A stretch of 64,000 nt of DNA from Arenicellales bacterium (GTDB lineage: Bacteria; Pseudomonadota; Gammaproteobacteria; Arenicellales; Poriferihabitantaceae), in contig OY761989.1 in assembly GCA_963665165.1 (NCBI GenBank), forward strand, positions 1,775,734-1,839,733. Reading direction: 5' to 3'. Positions 37,562-48,314 of the stretch are shown here, piece after piece. A program made the translations under genes and the position numbers. A model generated the notes under the pieces. That model saw nothing but the letters and a program-made list of their open reading frames with translations. It had not been told where the DNA came from and ran no database searches. Positions within the stretch are counted from its first letter, which is position 1; every line of letters starts with the position of its first letter.

Positions 37562-37923
37562 TTTCGACTCGCTCTATCCCACAAACTGTCCAGGTCTTTC
37601 TTCAGTATCCGGTTGGGTTGTTCCGCGCCGCCTGCCCTCGACACAACCACGCAATCCACCGAACAACCTGCGGAAGACAGCGTCAACTGATTGGCCCGGA
37701 ATGATTCTCTGATCTGTCTCTTTATCCGGTTGCGTTCAACCGCCTTTTTGCTGATCCGTCTGGAAACGGACAATCCCAGCCTGGCGTGTGACAGCGCGCT
37801 CCCGGCGACATGCAGACTGAAATACCTGCCATGAACTGAAATCCTCCGATCGAAAACCGCCTTGAACTGGGCGCCTTTCAATAACTTTTGATGTCGTCCG
37901 AAACCAGCCGCAAGCGGCGACAT
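37534..37923 (-). CDS. rnpA: Ribonuclease P protein component
   Basis: Basic 129-aa protein ([13 protein letters not shown]...[21 protein letters not shown]) located between rpmH and yidD. Confidence 0.9.
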   Translation of the reverse strand: MSPLAAGFGRHQKLLKGAQFKAVFDRRISVHGRYFSLHVAGSALSHARLGLSVSRRISKKAVERNRIKRQIRESFRANQLTLSSAGCSVDCVVVSRAGGAEQPNRILKKDLDSLWDRASRKCKSYRKKP

Positions 37924-37935
37924 GGGCCAATCTTG

Positions 37936-38070
37936 TCAGGCGCTTAAACGGGCGCGGCCTCTGGCGCGGCGTGCATTGATAATCGCACGACCCCCCCGTG
38001 TACGCATACGTTCACGAAACCCGTGGGTTCTCTTGCGCTTGACTTCGCTGGGTTGAAATGTACGTTTCAT
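37936..38070 (-). CDS. rpmH: 50S ribosomal protein L34
   Basis: Hand translation gives [44 protein letters not shown]. At 44 aa it is below the ORF-track cutoff. Confidence 0.95.
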   Translation of the reverse strand: MKRTFQPSEVKRKRTHGFRERMRTRGGRAIINARRARGRARLSA

Positions 38071-38236
38071 CTTATTTGTTCAATCTCCGTCAGAGGGTTG
38101 CGGAATCTACCCTGTTTGAGCGGAAAATTCAAGTGATTTGATATTCCTTGAAACATCGGTTTGCACAATATATGCTTGGAGAGTAAAAACTCATCCTGGT
38201 CGGAAAATCCGGCCGCAGACCATTCCGGACGACCCG

Positions 38237-39541
38237 ATGCGCACAATCCTGACCGACAAGAAGGTACTCGCCTGGGCGTTGTATGACTGGGGCAATTCCG
38301 CATTCGCCACTACGGTCGTTGCCGGATTCTTTCCGGTTTTCTACAGCATGCTGTCATCCGATCTGAGCGCCAGGGATTCCCAGTTCTGGTTCAACATGAC
38401 CCTGGCCATAAGCAGCGCCCTGGTCGCCGTCGCGGCGCCGGTACTTGGAGCCATAGCCGACTCCGGAAGTTCCCGGAAAAAGTTCCTGGCCACTTTCTCC
38501 CTGCTCGGGGTTCTGATGTGCGTGGGGCTGGCCTGGGTCGGGGCGGGGATGTGGTGGGCGGCGCTGATCGTCTATGGCCTGGGACAGATCGGGTTCTCCA
38601 GTTCCATGATTTTTTATGACGCGCTGATTGTCGAAGTATCGTCCCGGGAGGATATGGATGTCGTATCCGGCTACGGCTATGCCCTGGGCTATATCGGAGG
38701 CGGGCTGCTTTTCCTGGTCAATGTCCTGATGGTTACCCAATTCGAATGGTTCGGCATTCCCGACCAGGCCAGCGCCCTGTCCCTGTCCTTTGTCTCCGTC
38801 GGGATATGGTGGACAGCCTTCACGTTGCCTTTACTGTATGTTGTCGAGGAACCGGGGAAATCGGCCGCTGTCTCGAAAACGGGAGCGATCAGGCAGGGTT
38901 TTTCGCACCTGGCCGCAACCTTTCGGGAAATCCGGAAACTGAAATTTGTCCTGTTGTTCCTGGTCAGCTACTGGCTGTACATAGACGGCGTCGGCACGAT
39001 CTTCAGGACAGCGGTGTTTTTCGCGGACCGCATTCTGAGCCTGCCGGCGGAAAGCCTGATTACCGCGCTCCTGCTGACCCAGTTCGTATCATTTCCCGCG
39101 GCGTTGTTCTTCGGATGGCTGGGTCAGAGAATCGGCCCGAAACGCGGTATACTGATTGGTTTGCTGGTCTATACCGGAGTCGTCGTCTATGCCTGGAAAT
39201 GGCTCGATTCCGCTGCCGATTTCTACTGGCTTGCCGTTACCATCGGCCTGGTCCAGGGTGGAGTGCAAAGTCTGAGCCGGTCCCTGTTTGCCCGTTTGAT
39301 ACCAAAATCGAAGACGACCGAATTTTTCGGTTTTTATAATATGGTGGGCAAGTTTGCCAGTATCTTCGGTCCGTTCCTGATGGCGTTGGTACCCGTCATC
39401 TTCGCAGCCAGCAGCGCCCGGGACAGTATCCTGGTCCTGATCCTCCTTTTCGTCCCCGGCGGCTACCTGCTCTATCGCCTCGATGTCGACAAGGCGATCC
39501 AGGCAACGCAGGCGCTGGACGATCACATCCGAACGACCTGA
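38237..39541 (+). CDS. MFS transporter, UMF1/Atg22-like family
   Basis: KKVLAWALYDWGNSAFATTVVAGFFPVFY followed by about 12 hydrophobic helices. ATG at 38237. Confidence 0.75.
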   Translation: MRTILTDKKVLAWALYDWGNSAFATTVVAGFFPVFYSMLSSDLSARDSQFWFNMTLAISSALVAVAAPVLGAIADSGSSRKKFLATFSLLGVLMCVGLAWVGAGMWWAALIVYGLGQIGFSSSMIFYDALIVEVSSREDMDVVSGYGYALGYIGGGLLFLVNVLMVTQFEWFGIPDQASALSLSFVSVGIWWTAFTLPLLYVVEEPGKSAAVSKTGAIRQGFSHLAATFREIRKLKFVLLFLVSYWLYIDGVGTIFRTAVFFADRILSLPAESLITALLLTQFVSFPAALFFGWLGQRIGPKRGILIGLLVYTGVVVYAWKWLDSAADFYWLAVTIGLVQGGVQSLSRSLFARLIPKSKTTEFFGFYNMVGKFASIFGPFLMALVPVIFAASSARDSILVLILLFVPGGYLLYRLDVDKAIQATQALDDHIRTT

Positions 39542-39561
39542 TACCGGCATTGGCGGCAGAT

Positions 39562-41025
39562 ATGGCCGATCCTGAAATGCATGAAACGCTGGATCCCGAA
39601 AACTGGGACGAAATGCGCGAACTCGGCCACCGGATGATGGATGACGCCATCGACTGGCTGCAATCCATGGGTGAACGACCGGTCTGGCAGCGGATGCCGG
39701 AGGAAGTCACAGCCACCTTCAATCAGCCCTGCCCCGAGGAACCCGGCGACCCGGTCTCGGTATACGAGGAATTCAGGCGCAACATAATGCCCTACCCGCT
39801 AGGCAATATCCATCCACGGTTCTGGGCATGGTATATGGGGAACGGGACGGTAATGGGAGCGTTTGCCGACCTGATGGCGGCCACCATGAATTCCAATCTG
39901 GGGGGCGGATATCATTCCGCGATCCTGGTCGAGGGTCAGGTGCTGGACTGGATGAAAACGATCATGAGATATCCGCGCGAATCCAGCGGCCTGCTGGTCA
40001 GCGGCGGCTCGATGGCCAACCTGGTGGGACTGGCGGTGGCGCGCAATGACGTAGCCGGGTTTGACGTCAGGAAGAAAGGGGTGCAATCCATTGATCGTAA
40101 ACTGACGGTTTACGCCTCCACCGAAGTACACAGTTGCAATCAGAAAGCGGCCGAGCTACTGGGTCTGGGCAGCGAATGTTTCAGGCGGATTCGCGTCAAT
40201 GACGACTTCAGCATGAATCTCGGCGACCTTGAATCCAGGCTTGCCGATGATGTTGCGAAAGGCTTCAAACCGATCTGCGTGATCGCCACGTCCGGGACCG
40301 TCAATACCGGGGCGATGGATGATCTGGACGCCATTGCGGACATTTGCGAACGACATGACATCTGGTTTCATGTCGATGGGGCGATCGGCGCTATCGCCAT
40401 GCTGTCGGATCAGGCCCAACCGCTGCTGGCGGGAATTGAACGGACGCATTCAGTCGCCCTGGACCTGCACAAATGGATGCATGTTCCGTTCGAGGCCGGC
40501 TGCGCGCTGGTCCGGGACGCCAGGGCGCACAAGGATACCTTCTCACTGATTCCGGAATACCTGCAACAATTCACCCGTGGAATTGCGTCCGGCAGCAACT
40601 GGCCGTCTGAATACGGAGTCGAATTGAGCCGGTCCTTCCGCGCGTTGAAAATATGGATGACGATAAAGGAACACGGCACGAAAAAACTGGGGCGCATGAT
40701 TTCGCGCAATCTGGACCAGGCCCGGTATCTGGAGCAATTGATCCGGGCGCATCAAAAACTGGAACTGGTCGCCCCGGTCGGTCTGGACATCGTCTGTTAT
40801 CGTTTCAATCCGGGCGGGATGGACCTCGAATCACTGAACGAACTGAATCGGAGGATCCTGGTTGAACTTCAGGAACAGGGGATTGCGGCGCCTTCCTATA
40901 CGACCCTGCGGGGGCATTACTGCATCCGTGTCGCCATCGCCAACCACCGCAGCCGTAAACAGGATTTCGATGTACTGGTTGAGCAGACAGTCCGTCTGGG
41001 TGAATTACTGGCGCCTGACCGATGA
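39562..41025 (+). CDS. Group II PLP-dependent (aromatic-L-amino-acid type) decarboxylase
   Basis: SGGSMANLVGLAVAR, HVDGAIGA, and SVALDLHKWMHVPFEAGCALVRD (PLP lysine context). Confidence 0.85.
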   Translation: MADPEMHETLDPENWDEMRELGHRMMDDAIDWLQSMGERPVWQRMPEEVTATFNQPCPEEPGDPVSVYEEFRRNIMPYPLGNIHPRFWAWYMGNGTVMGAFADLMAATMNSNLGGGYHSAILVEGQVLDWMKTIMRYPRESSGLLVSGGSMANLVGLAVARNDVAGFDVRKKGVQSIDRKLTVYASTEVHSCNQKAAELLGLGSECFRRIRVNDDFSMNLGDLESRLADDVAKGFKPICVIATSGTVNTGAMDDLDAIADICERHDIWFHVDGAIGAIAMLSDQAQPLLAGIERTHSVALDLHKWMHVPFEAGCALVRDARAHKDTFSLIPEYLQQFTRGIASGSNWPSEYGVELSRSFRALKIWMTIKEHGTKKLGRMISRNLDQARYLEQLIRAHQKLELVAPVGLDIVCYRFNPGGMDLESLNELNRRILVELQEQGIAAPSYTTLRGHYCIRVAIANHRSRKQDFDVLVEQTVRLGELLAPDR

Positions 41026-41480
41026 CCATCAACCCGTATCTGCGGCACGGTAACCGGGGAGCGGAACCTGAAACAGGTGATTGTCCCACTGCCGGTATCG
41101 ATACAGGTCAGATTGGGTTTGATTGTCCCAATGTTGAGTTTTTGGCGCCCTGTATCCGGGTGCGTGCTAACCCCGCCATTTGCCACCAGCAAAGACCTGC
41201 AATCCTGCGAAAGCCCGACCTCATGCGGCGCCGAAAAGCCGGATGATCTGTCGTCGGGAAAACGGCAAATTCCGCAGTCGCTGCAACGTGATCCTGATAG
41301 CTTGACTCCGGCTTCCCGGCATTGCGGATCTGGGCGTGAAACGATCCGGGCCAGTCAGACCACCCGGACATCAGGGCCCCGCGATATCCGCAAGATTACC
41401 TGCAACGGCAGCGGGCAGGCCAAATTCACAAACCGGGGTTTCAAGAGAGACCATATTTAAACGCAACCTCATCTCAATAA

Positions 41481-43070
41481 CTAAAATCCAATGGCGATGC
41501 CATCTTTTCGATGGTCTGATCCTCCCTGATAGCCATTTTCAGTCTTTTGGATCAATTGCGCCCCACCCATACTGAAAATCTGTTCGTTTTCGAAATCAGG
41601 GACATCGTGGCCGCGCTCCCTCAATCCAGCCCGGATACGCTGGTCATACCCCTGTTCCAGCAAAACCTGTTTTTCTTCGGTCACCTGCCATCTTGGCGCG
41701 TCACTGGCTGCCTGGGGGTTCATGCCCTGGTCACAGACGCGCTGGACGATCTGCGCATGTCCCTGCGCCTGCATGTGTCCACCCATCACGCCAAAACTCA
41801 TGACCGGCAATCCGTTACGGGTAAGAAACGCCGGAATAATCGTATGGAACGGGCGCTTTCCGCCCGCCACCTGATTCGGATGACCCTCCTCCAGAGAAAA
41901 TCCCGCCCCCCGGTTTTGCAGACTGATCCCGGTATCGGGAATCACGATCCCGGAGCCAAAACCACAATAATTGCTCTGGATATACGACACCATCATGCCG
42001 GACTGGTCCGCCGTCGTGAGATAGACGGTGCCGCTCCTTGCCGGCACACCGTATCCGGGGTCCTGCGCCTTGCCCATATCGATCATTGCGGCGCGTGACG
42101 CGAGGTAGCGGTCATCCAGCAGGTCAACCGCCGCCCGGTCGATAAAATCCGGGTCTGCGACATAGCGCCGGATGTCGGCAAAGGCCAGCTTCATGGCTTC
42201 AATCTGGCAATGCAGGGCATCCACCGAATCCACTTCATACTCCAGTATCGGACTGTGCGATAAAATGCCGAGCATGATCAAGGCGCCGAGGCCCTGGCCG
42301 TTAGGCGGGATTTCATGGAGATCATAACCATGCCAGGGGTGAGAGACCGGTTCAACCCAGTCGCATCGATGCCGGTCCAGATCCGCCAACGTGAATTTTC
42401 CGCCGTCACGCCTGGATGCCGCGACGATTTTCCGCGCGAGTTCACCGCGGTAAAACGCCTCGCCCTTGCTGACCGCAATCATCGAAAGGGTGCGGGCCTG
42501 GTCCGGAAACCGGAACAGGTCACCCGGTTCCGGGGCCTTGCCGTTCGGTAAAAATGGCGCAAAATCGGGGAAAAGGGCAAACTCTTCCGGTGCAAAAGAC
42601 CACAATCGCGCCGTGATCGGCGTGACCTGGAATCCGTAATCGGCATAATGGACCGCATCCTCGAACAGGGACTCGAAAGAGAGATTACCGAATTTTTCCG
42701 ATAATTCGACCCAGGCGCTGACCGCGCCCGGCACGGTCACGCTATCCCAGCCGGTCAGCGGCATTTCCTTCAGGCCCATGAAATCCCGCTTGTCGAGCGC
42801 CATCGGACTTCTGCCCGACGCGTTCAGCCCATGCAATCGACCGCCATCCCAAATAATGCAAAAGGCGTCGCTGCCGATCCCGTTCATGGTGGGTTCGACT
42901 ACGGTCAGGGTAATGGCCGTGGCCAGCGCGGCATCCACCGCGTTGCCTCCTCTTTTGATTGCCTGCAACCCGGCCTGCGCTGCCAGGGGGTGGGAAGTCG
43001 CCACCATGTTCCGGCCTACCGCCGGCATGCGTTGCGAAGGCCAGGGAAACTGCTGTTTGAAAGAACTCAT
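41481..43070 (-). CDS. ggt: Gamma-glutamyltransferase family protein
   Basis: GGNAVDAALA...GIGSDAFCI...GTVYLTTADQSGMMVSYIQSNYCGFGSGIVIPDTGISLQNRG. Confidence 0.9.
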   Translation of the reverse strand: MSSFKQQFPWPSQRMPAVGRNMVATSHPLAAQAGLQAIKRGGNAVDAALATAITLTVVEPTMNGIGSDAFCIIWDGGRLHGLNASGRSPMALDKRDFMGLKEMPLTGWDSVTVPGAVSAWVELSEKFGNLSFESLFEDAVHYADYGFQVTPITARLWSFAPEEFALFPDFAPFLPNGKAPEPGDLFRFPDQARTLSMIAVSKGEAFYRGELARKIVAASRRDGGKFTLADLDRHRCDWVEPVSHPWHGYDLHEIPPNGQGLGALIMLGILSHSPILEYEVDSVDALHCQIEAMKLAFADIRRYVADPDFIDRAAVDLLDDRYLASRAAMIDMGKAQDPGYGVPARSGTVYLTTADQSGMMVSYIQSNYCGFGSGIVIPDTGISLQNRGAGFSLEEGHPNQVAGGKRPFHTIIPAFLTRNGLPVMSFGVMGGHMQAQGHAQIVQRVCDQGMNPQAASDAPRWQVTEEKQVLLEQGYDQRIRAGLRERGHDVPDFENEQIFSMGGAQLIQKTENGYQGGSDHRKDGIAIGF

Positions 43071-43960
43071 GATGATGCGGCGCCCGACTTGCGTTCACTC
43101 CGGATTGCGATCAGGCTGTATGTTATCACCGAAACCAGGACGATGGCGCTCCCCCAGAGAGTATAACTGCTGGGAACCTCATTGACCCCGATCCACACCC
43201 AGAGCGGATTCAGAACCGACTCGCTCATTGAAAACAAGGCGACTTCCGCCGCTGGAATCAGGCGTGTGCCCACGGTGAGAAACAAAAAACCCAGGCCAAG
43301 CTGGAAAGAGCCCAACAGCATGCAGATCACCAGGTCATGCAGGCTGATGTCGATATCGCCCACCATCGCGGCCGCGATGACAAAAGTGACCAGGCCGGAC
43401 AGTCCGGTAGCGGGGATCATGTCGATATGTTTGCTGGATCGCAGGAGCAACAGGTAGAACGTGAACAGGAAGACCATCAACAATGCCAGCAGGTTGCCGA
43501 ACATGCCGCCGCTGATCAGGCCGTCCAGGAACATCAGGCCAATACCGATCACCGAAGTGAACATCGCCGCCAGACTCCAGGCGCTGACTTTTTCCTTCAG
43601 GAACAGCCACGCCATCAGCGCGGTGACCAGAGGAGCTGAACCGACAATGAACACCACATTGGCGACGGTGGTATGGAGCATCGCAAAAATGTAACAGACC
43701 GAACCCAGTCCAAGTAGAGTGGCCGCCAGGAGTCCCTTGAGGCCCACCGCCCGGTAGACCGCGAATGTCTTTCTGCGGTAGCGAAACAGCATGATTGTCC
43801 CGATCGTGATAAAGAACGTGAGTGAACGAAACAGGATTACCTGCCATCCGTCTGCACGGTCCATACTGCGCAGCATGATCCCGGAAGTACTGAGGAATAC
43901 CCCGCCTGCAAAGACAATCAGGATTCCGATCAGGTATCGATTTTGCAGGATTCCGGTCAA
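43067..43960 (-). CDS. DMT-family (two EamA domains) transporter
   Basis: 297 aa with 10 hydrophobic helices. Its stop overlaps the ggt start by 4 nt. Confidence 0.8.
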   Translation of the reverse strand: MTGILQNRYLIGILIVFAGGVFLSTSGIMLRSMDRADGWQVILFRSLTFFITIGTIMLFRYRRKTFAVYRAVGLKGLLAATLLGLGSVCYIFAMLHTTVANVVFIVGSAPLVTALMAWLFLKEKVSAWSLAAMFTSVIGIGLMFLDGLISGGMFGNLLALLMVFLFTFYLLLLRSSKHIDMIPATGLSGLVTFVIAAAMVGDIDISLHDLVICMLLGSFQLGLGFLFLTVGTRLIPAAEVALFSMSESVLNPLWVWIGVNEVPSSYTLWGSAIVLVSVITYSLIAIRSERKSGAASS

Positions 43961-43986
43961 GGTTGAATCAGGGCTCGAGTCGGATT

Positions 43987-46900
43987 TCAGATTTCCTGGC
44001 CCGCTTCCGCGTCCGGGCTCCGGGCTTTGCCCTGCTGGCGCTTGCGTTCAATCGGGACGACGATCAGTGACATCATGGGGGGGACGATAAGCAGCGTGAT
44101 CATAGCGGAAAGGCTGAGTCCGCCGACCACGACAGAACCGAGGCCGCGATAAAGCTCGGAACCGGCCCCCGGAAACAACACCAGGGGCAACATGCCGAAA
44201 ACGCTGGTCAGCGTAGACATGAAAATGGGGCGGATGCGGTTTCGTGTCGCCCTTTTGATGGCCTCGGTCTCTTCAACGCCTTCAATGCGGATATGGTACA
44301 GCGTCTGGTGCACCAGCAGAATCGCGTTGTTCACCACGATACCGATCAGAATGACGAAACCAAGCATGGTCAGCATATCGAGAGGCTGCAGGGTGGTCAG
44401 GTTGAGCAACGCGAGCCCGCCCGCGCCGCCGGCCGCGGCGACCGGCACGGAAAGCATGATGATCAATGGATAGACAAAGCTCTCGAACAGGACTGCCATG
44501 ACCAGAAACACGATGATAAGGGAGAGCATCATATTAATGGCCATCGCGTTACGGGTTTCCACCAGCTTGTCAGCCGTCCCGGAAATGGTGAGCTGGATAT
44601 CATCCGGGATGCCCTCTTCTTTCAGCGGATCGATGACCTGTTCGCGCAGCAGATCAATCGCCGACTCCAGGGCAAGGTCGGGACTCGGACGAATTTCCAG
44701 GGTAATGGTGCGGAAACTCTCGCGGTGACGGATCTCGGTCGGCCCGGCAGTGACGACTGATTCCGCGAGAGAGGAAACCGGAATGATCTGGCCGCCCGGA
44801 GTGACCACGGGCAGGTTGCCAATGCCCTGGGTCTGGTAGACGCTGTTTTCGTCGCCCTTCAGGACAATGTCCATCAATCTGCCGTCAATCGTGGATTGGG
44901 TCACCCGCAAACCATCGTTGAAGGTATCGATGGTCCGGGCAAGTTCAGTCGCGGTAACCCCGCTGTCGCTTAACCTCAGGCGATCCGGAATGATCCTGAC
45001 CTCAGGCGCTCCCAGTTCCAGTCCGGGAACGGGCTTCCATTCATGACCCTGTTCACGGGGAAACGTTGCCGCGATCCTGCCAAACGCCCGGTTGGCAGTC
45101 TGGAAGATCCTGTCAAAATCCGGCCCCGAAATATCCAGTTCGATTTTCCGGCCTCCCCCTACCCCGCGGCCAAAAATCGAAGGCTGGGTGATAAAACCGA
45201 ATGTACCGGGCTCCCGGAAAACAGGTCTTTGCAGCACCGGCTTGAGTTCCGATATCCTTTCCGCTTCGATGGCGGTGATGCCAAGTATGGTTTGGCCACG
45301 GAAAGCGACATAAAAGAAACGTTCGATTTTCGGCAGGCCATCCGATCCCGGTTCGGGACCGGTTTCCGAAGCCCATAACGGCCTGATTTCAGACTCGATC
45401 CCCTGGGCGATATTCCGGGTCGTCTCCAGGTTATAGCCCGGCGGCGGCACGACAAAACCCAGCAGAAGGTTGCGGTTGCCTTCCGGCAGGTATTCCAGCT
45501 TCGGCAGGGCGTGATAAGCGCCGGCGCTGGCAGCCAGCGTAATGGCAATTGTAACCAGCAACGCCTTGATCCGGCTTTTTACCACGACGCCGACAAACCG
45601 GATAATCAGGCGGGCAAACTGGCGGGCCAGCCAGTCAACCACCGGAATGCCTGCCCGGTGATAAGTCACGGCATTGGGACCATACCCCCCGGTTCTCTTG
45701 AAAAACCGTTTTGACATGGCTGGAATCAGGGTAATCGACACAAGCAGGGAAAGCAGCACCGAGACCGAAATGGCGACCGCAATATCACGGAACAACTGTC
45801 CGGCCTCCAGTTCCATCACCAGGATCGGTATGAACACCATGACCGTGGTCAAGGCTGAAACCAGCACCGCGCCCCAGACCTGTTTGGCGCCCAGGTAGGC
45901 CGCCCTGGCATTCGAATAACCCTGTTCCTTCAGGCGGTAGATATTCTCCAGCACGATGATCGCGGCATCCACCACCATGCCCACTGCAAAAGCGAGACCC
46001 GCCAGCGAAATCACGTTGATCGACCGCCCGAGGGCCGCCATCGCGACGAATGCGCCAATCACCGAAATCGGGATCGACAAGGAAATCACCAGCGTCGCGC
46101 GAAAGGAGCGAAGGAACAGCAACAGGATCAACGCCGCCAGTGAGCCTCCAACCCAGATATTCTGCCGCACCAGATCTATCGCCGAATTGATATAAACCGT
46201 CTCATCGTAAACCTGCTGGAGTTTCAGGCCCGCATTGGGAATCGCGTACTGGTTCAATTCATGGATTGATTCTTTCAACCCGGCCATGATTTCGATGACG
46301 TTGGCCCCGGTCTGCCGCTCGGCGCTCATTGCAATCGCGGAGTTGCCAAGCACCCGGATACTGGAGGTGGGTTCCTTGTAACCGAATTGAACCGTAGCCA
46401 CGTCAGACAACGACACCCGATCCAGCGCCCCCGCGTTGTCCGAGCTTCTGATCAATACATCACGAATGATTTCCAGATTGCTCAATTCTCCTTCGGTACG
46501 CACCACGTAGCGTCTCTTGCCCTCATCGATACTGCCGGCGCCAACAGACACATTGGCGTTGCGGAGCGCCGCCACCAGGTCTGTGACCGTCAGTTGAAAG
46601 CGCGCCAGCAAATTGGGATCGACGATAATGTGGATTTCCCGCTCACTGCCGCCATAGACATTGATCTTGCCGATGCCGGGAACCCGTTCCAACCGTTCCT
46701 TTACGACATTGTCAATGAAATCGCCGTATTCATGAATCGGCCGCTGATTCCCCTCCAGCCGATGCAGGGTCATCCATGCAATCGAATTGTCCTCGCTGCC
46801 AGCCGTATCCAGAGTGGGCTGATCCGCTTCATCGGGGTAATCCGGTACCCGGTCCAGCCGGTTTGCCACCAGCAGCAGAGCGCGGTCCATGTTGGTGCCA

Positions 46901-47190
46901 ACCTTGAATTCCAGGCTGATCCGGCTTTGTCCCTGCAGCGCCCGGCTGGTAATGGATTCCAGGCCCTCAAGGCCGGCGAACTCCTCTTCCTGCTGATTGA
47001 CCAGTTCCCGTTCGATTTCCGCCGGCGCCGCTCCGAACCAGTTGGTGGTGACGGTAATCACCGGTCGATTGACATCCGGAGCCAACTGGATCGGGATCGT
47101 GGTCAACGCGACCAGGCCAAACAGGATCACCAGCAACACTGCGGCCACCACCGCGGTCGGACGGTCGATGGCGGCGCGAATGATATTCAT
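43987..47190 (-). CDS. RND efflux transporter permease (AcrB family)
   Basis: 1067 aa. The N-terminus MNIIRAAIDRPTAVVAAVLLVILFGLVAL and the 12-TM, two-large-loop layout fit the AcrB family. Confidence 0.9.
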   Translation of the reverse strand: MNIIRAAIDRPTAVVAAVLLVILFGLVALTTIPIQLAPDVNRPVITVTTNWFGAAPAEIERELVNQQEEEFAGLEGLESITSRALQGQSRISLEFKVGTNMDRALLLVANRLDRVPDYPDEADQPTLDTAGSEDNSIAWMTLHRLEGNQRPIHEYGDFIDNVVKERLERVPGIGKINVYGGSEREIHIIVDPNLLARFQLTVTDLVAALRNANVSVGAGSIDEGKRRYVVRTEGELSNLEIIRDVLIRSSDNAGALDRVSLSDVATVQFGYKEPTSSIRVLGNSAIAMSAERQTGANVIEIMAGLKESIHELNQYAIPNAGLKLQQVYDETVYINSAIDLVRQNIWVGGSLAALILLLFLRSFRATLVISLSIPISVIGAFVAMAALGRSINVISLAGLAFAVGMVVDAAIIVLENIYRLKEQGYSNARAAYLGAKQVWGAVLVSALTTVMVFIPILVMELEAGQLFRDIAVAISVSVLLSLLVSITLIPAMSKRFFKRTGGYGPNAVTYHRAGIPVVDWLARQFARLIIRFVGVVVKSRIKALLVTIAITLAASAGAYHALPKLEYLPEGNRNLLLGFVVPPPGYNLETTRNIAQGIESEIRPLWASETGPEPGSDGLPKIERFFYVAFRGQTILGITAIEAERISELKPVLQRPVFREPGTFGFITQPSIFGRGVGGGRKIELDISGPDFDRIFQTANRAFGRIAATFPREQGHEWKPVPGLELGAPEVRIIPDRLRLSDSGVTATELARTIDTFNDGLRVTQSTIDGRLMDIVLKGDENSVYQTQGIGNLPVVTPGGQIIPVSSLAESVVTAGPTEIRHRESFRTITLEIRPSPDLALESAIDLLREQVIDPLKEEGIPDDIQLTISGTADKLVETRNAMAINMMLSLIIVFLVMAVLFESFVYPLIIMLSVPVAAAGGAGGLALLNLTTLQPLDMLTMLGFVILIGIVVNNAILLVHQTLYHIRIEGVEETEAIKRATRNRIRPIFMSTLTSVFGMLPLVLFPGAGSELYRGLGSVVVGGLSLSAMITLLIVPPMMSLIVVPIERKRQQGKARSPDAEAGQEI

Positions 47191-48305
47191 TGCGGCTCCG
47201 CGATACGGACGGCCTGCCCCGGCCTCAGTCTCTCATTTCCCCGTACCACAACCAGTTCCCCCTCGGCCAGACCGGCCAGGACCTCTACCCGGTTTCCCGT
47301 GGAATAACCGGTTTCCAGTTCCCGGATTTCCACCGAGTCGGGTTGCGCCTCTTCCGGGTCCTTGACCACGACATAGACGATATTCCCCTGCCCGCGCCGG
47401 ATAATACCGTCCTTGTGCGCGGTCAGGATTTCACGCACATCGGACACCGGAACATAGACGGTCACACTTTGCTCGTTCGCAAGATCGCCGGCCCCGGTCC
47501 CGAGAATCGGTTCGAACCGGACCCGCCTGGTCCGTGTACGGGGATTCTCTTCAGGTATGATTGCCCGCATTGCAGCCTTGTGCCGGCTTCCGTTTTCCAA
47601 CTCGATCCGCACCATGAAGCCCGGCGACAGACCCTTTAACTGAGCGGCCGGAATGTCAGCCTCAAGTTCAAGGCGCCGGTCCGATATCATCCGGAAAACA
47701 GGCTGTCCGACTTGCAGGTAATTACCGACCTCGGTCAGTTTCCCGGTAATGGTTCCGTCGAATGGCGCCCGGATGGTCGCGTTCTCATGCGCCAGCGCGG
47801 CAATTTCAAAAGACACCCTGCTGCTGCGGATTCCCGCTTCCGCTTCATTAACCCGCGAGTAGGCTATATTCTGTTGTTGCAAGGCATCATCGAGGGCGGC
47901 CTGACTGATTGCCGCCGACCCCTTCAGGGCTTTCAGCCGCTCCACTTCCTGCCCGGCCAGGGCAAGCTGGGCATTAACGGTCTTCAGTCGCGCCTGGGCT
48001 TCGATCAATGCCGATTCGGCCTGCTTTTTGCGGAGTCCCGGATTGGCCGTGTCGAGGCGCGCCAACACCTGGCCCACCGACACGACATCTCCGGGGGCAA
48101 CCAGAATTTCGGCAACCGGGCCACTGATACGCACAGCGACAGTGCCGGACTGTTTGGCGACCAGCCGCCCCAGTATCGGCACCGTCTGGGTGAACTGCTC
48201 GGAAATCACTGCGTCAACCGAAACCAGCGCCGCATGTTGGGCATATACGCCGGAAACCCAGGGCAGAGTCAGAATAAACAGGCAACGGATCAGGTTTTTG
48301 TACAA
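47187..48305 (-). CDS. RND efflux periplasmic adaptor (MFP) subunit
   Basis: Signal peptide, a lipoyl/hairpin region (VAPGDVVSVGQVLARLD) and a coiled hairpin. There is a 4-nt overlap with the permease gene. Confidence 0.85.
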   Translation of the reverse strand: MYKNLIRCLFILTLPWVSGVYAQHAALVSVDAVISEQFTQTVPILGRLVAKQSGTVAVRISGPVAEILVAPGDVVSVGQVLARLDTANPGLRKKQAESALIEAQARLKTVNAQLALAGQEVERLKALKGSAAISQAALDDALQQQNIAYSRVNEAEAGIRSSRVSFEIAALAHENATIRAPFDGTITGKLTEVGNYLQVGQPVFRMISDRRLELEADIPAAQLKGLSPGFMVRIELENGSRHKAAMRAIIPEENPRTRTRRVRFEPILGTGAGDLANEQSVTVYVPVSDVREILTAHKDGIIRRGQGNIVYVVVKDPEEAQPDSVEIRELETGYSTGNRVEVLAGLAEGELVVVRGNERLRPGQAVRIAEPQ

Positions 48306-48314
48306 GACGGTATC

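Noticed and set aside
41026-41480. 455-bp spacer between convergent decarboxylase and ggt genes, with broken minus-strand ORFs (…HVAATAEFAVF…) faintly like a small conserved protein (DUF2237-type)
   Set aside because: The similarity is limited to a few residues, the conserved cysteines are not recovered, and the frames are interrupted. This is not enough to call a pseudogene.
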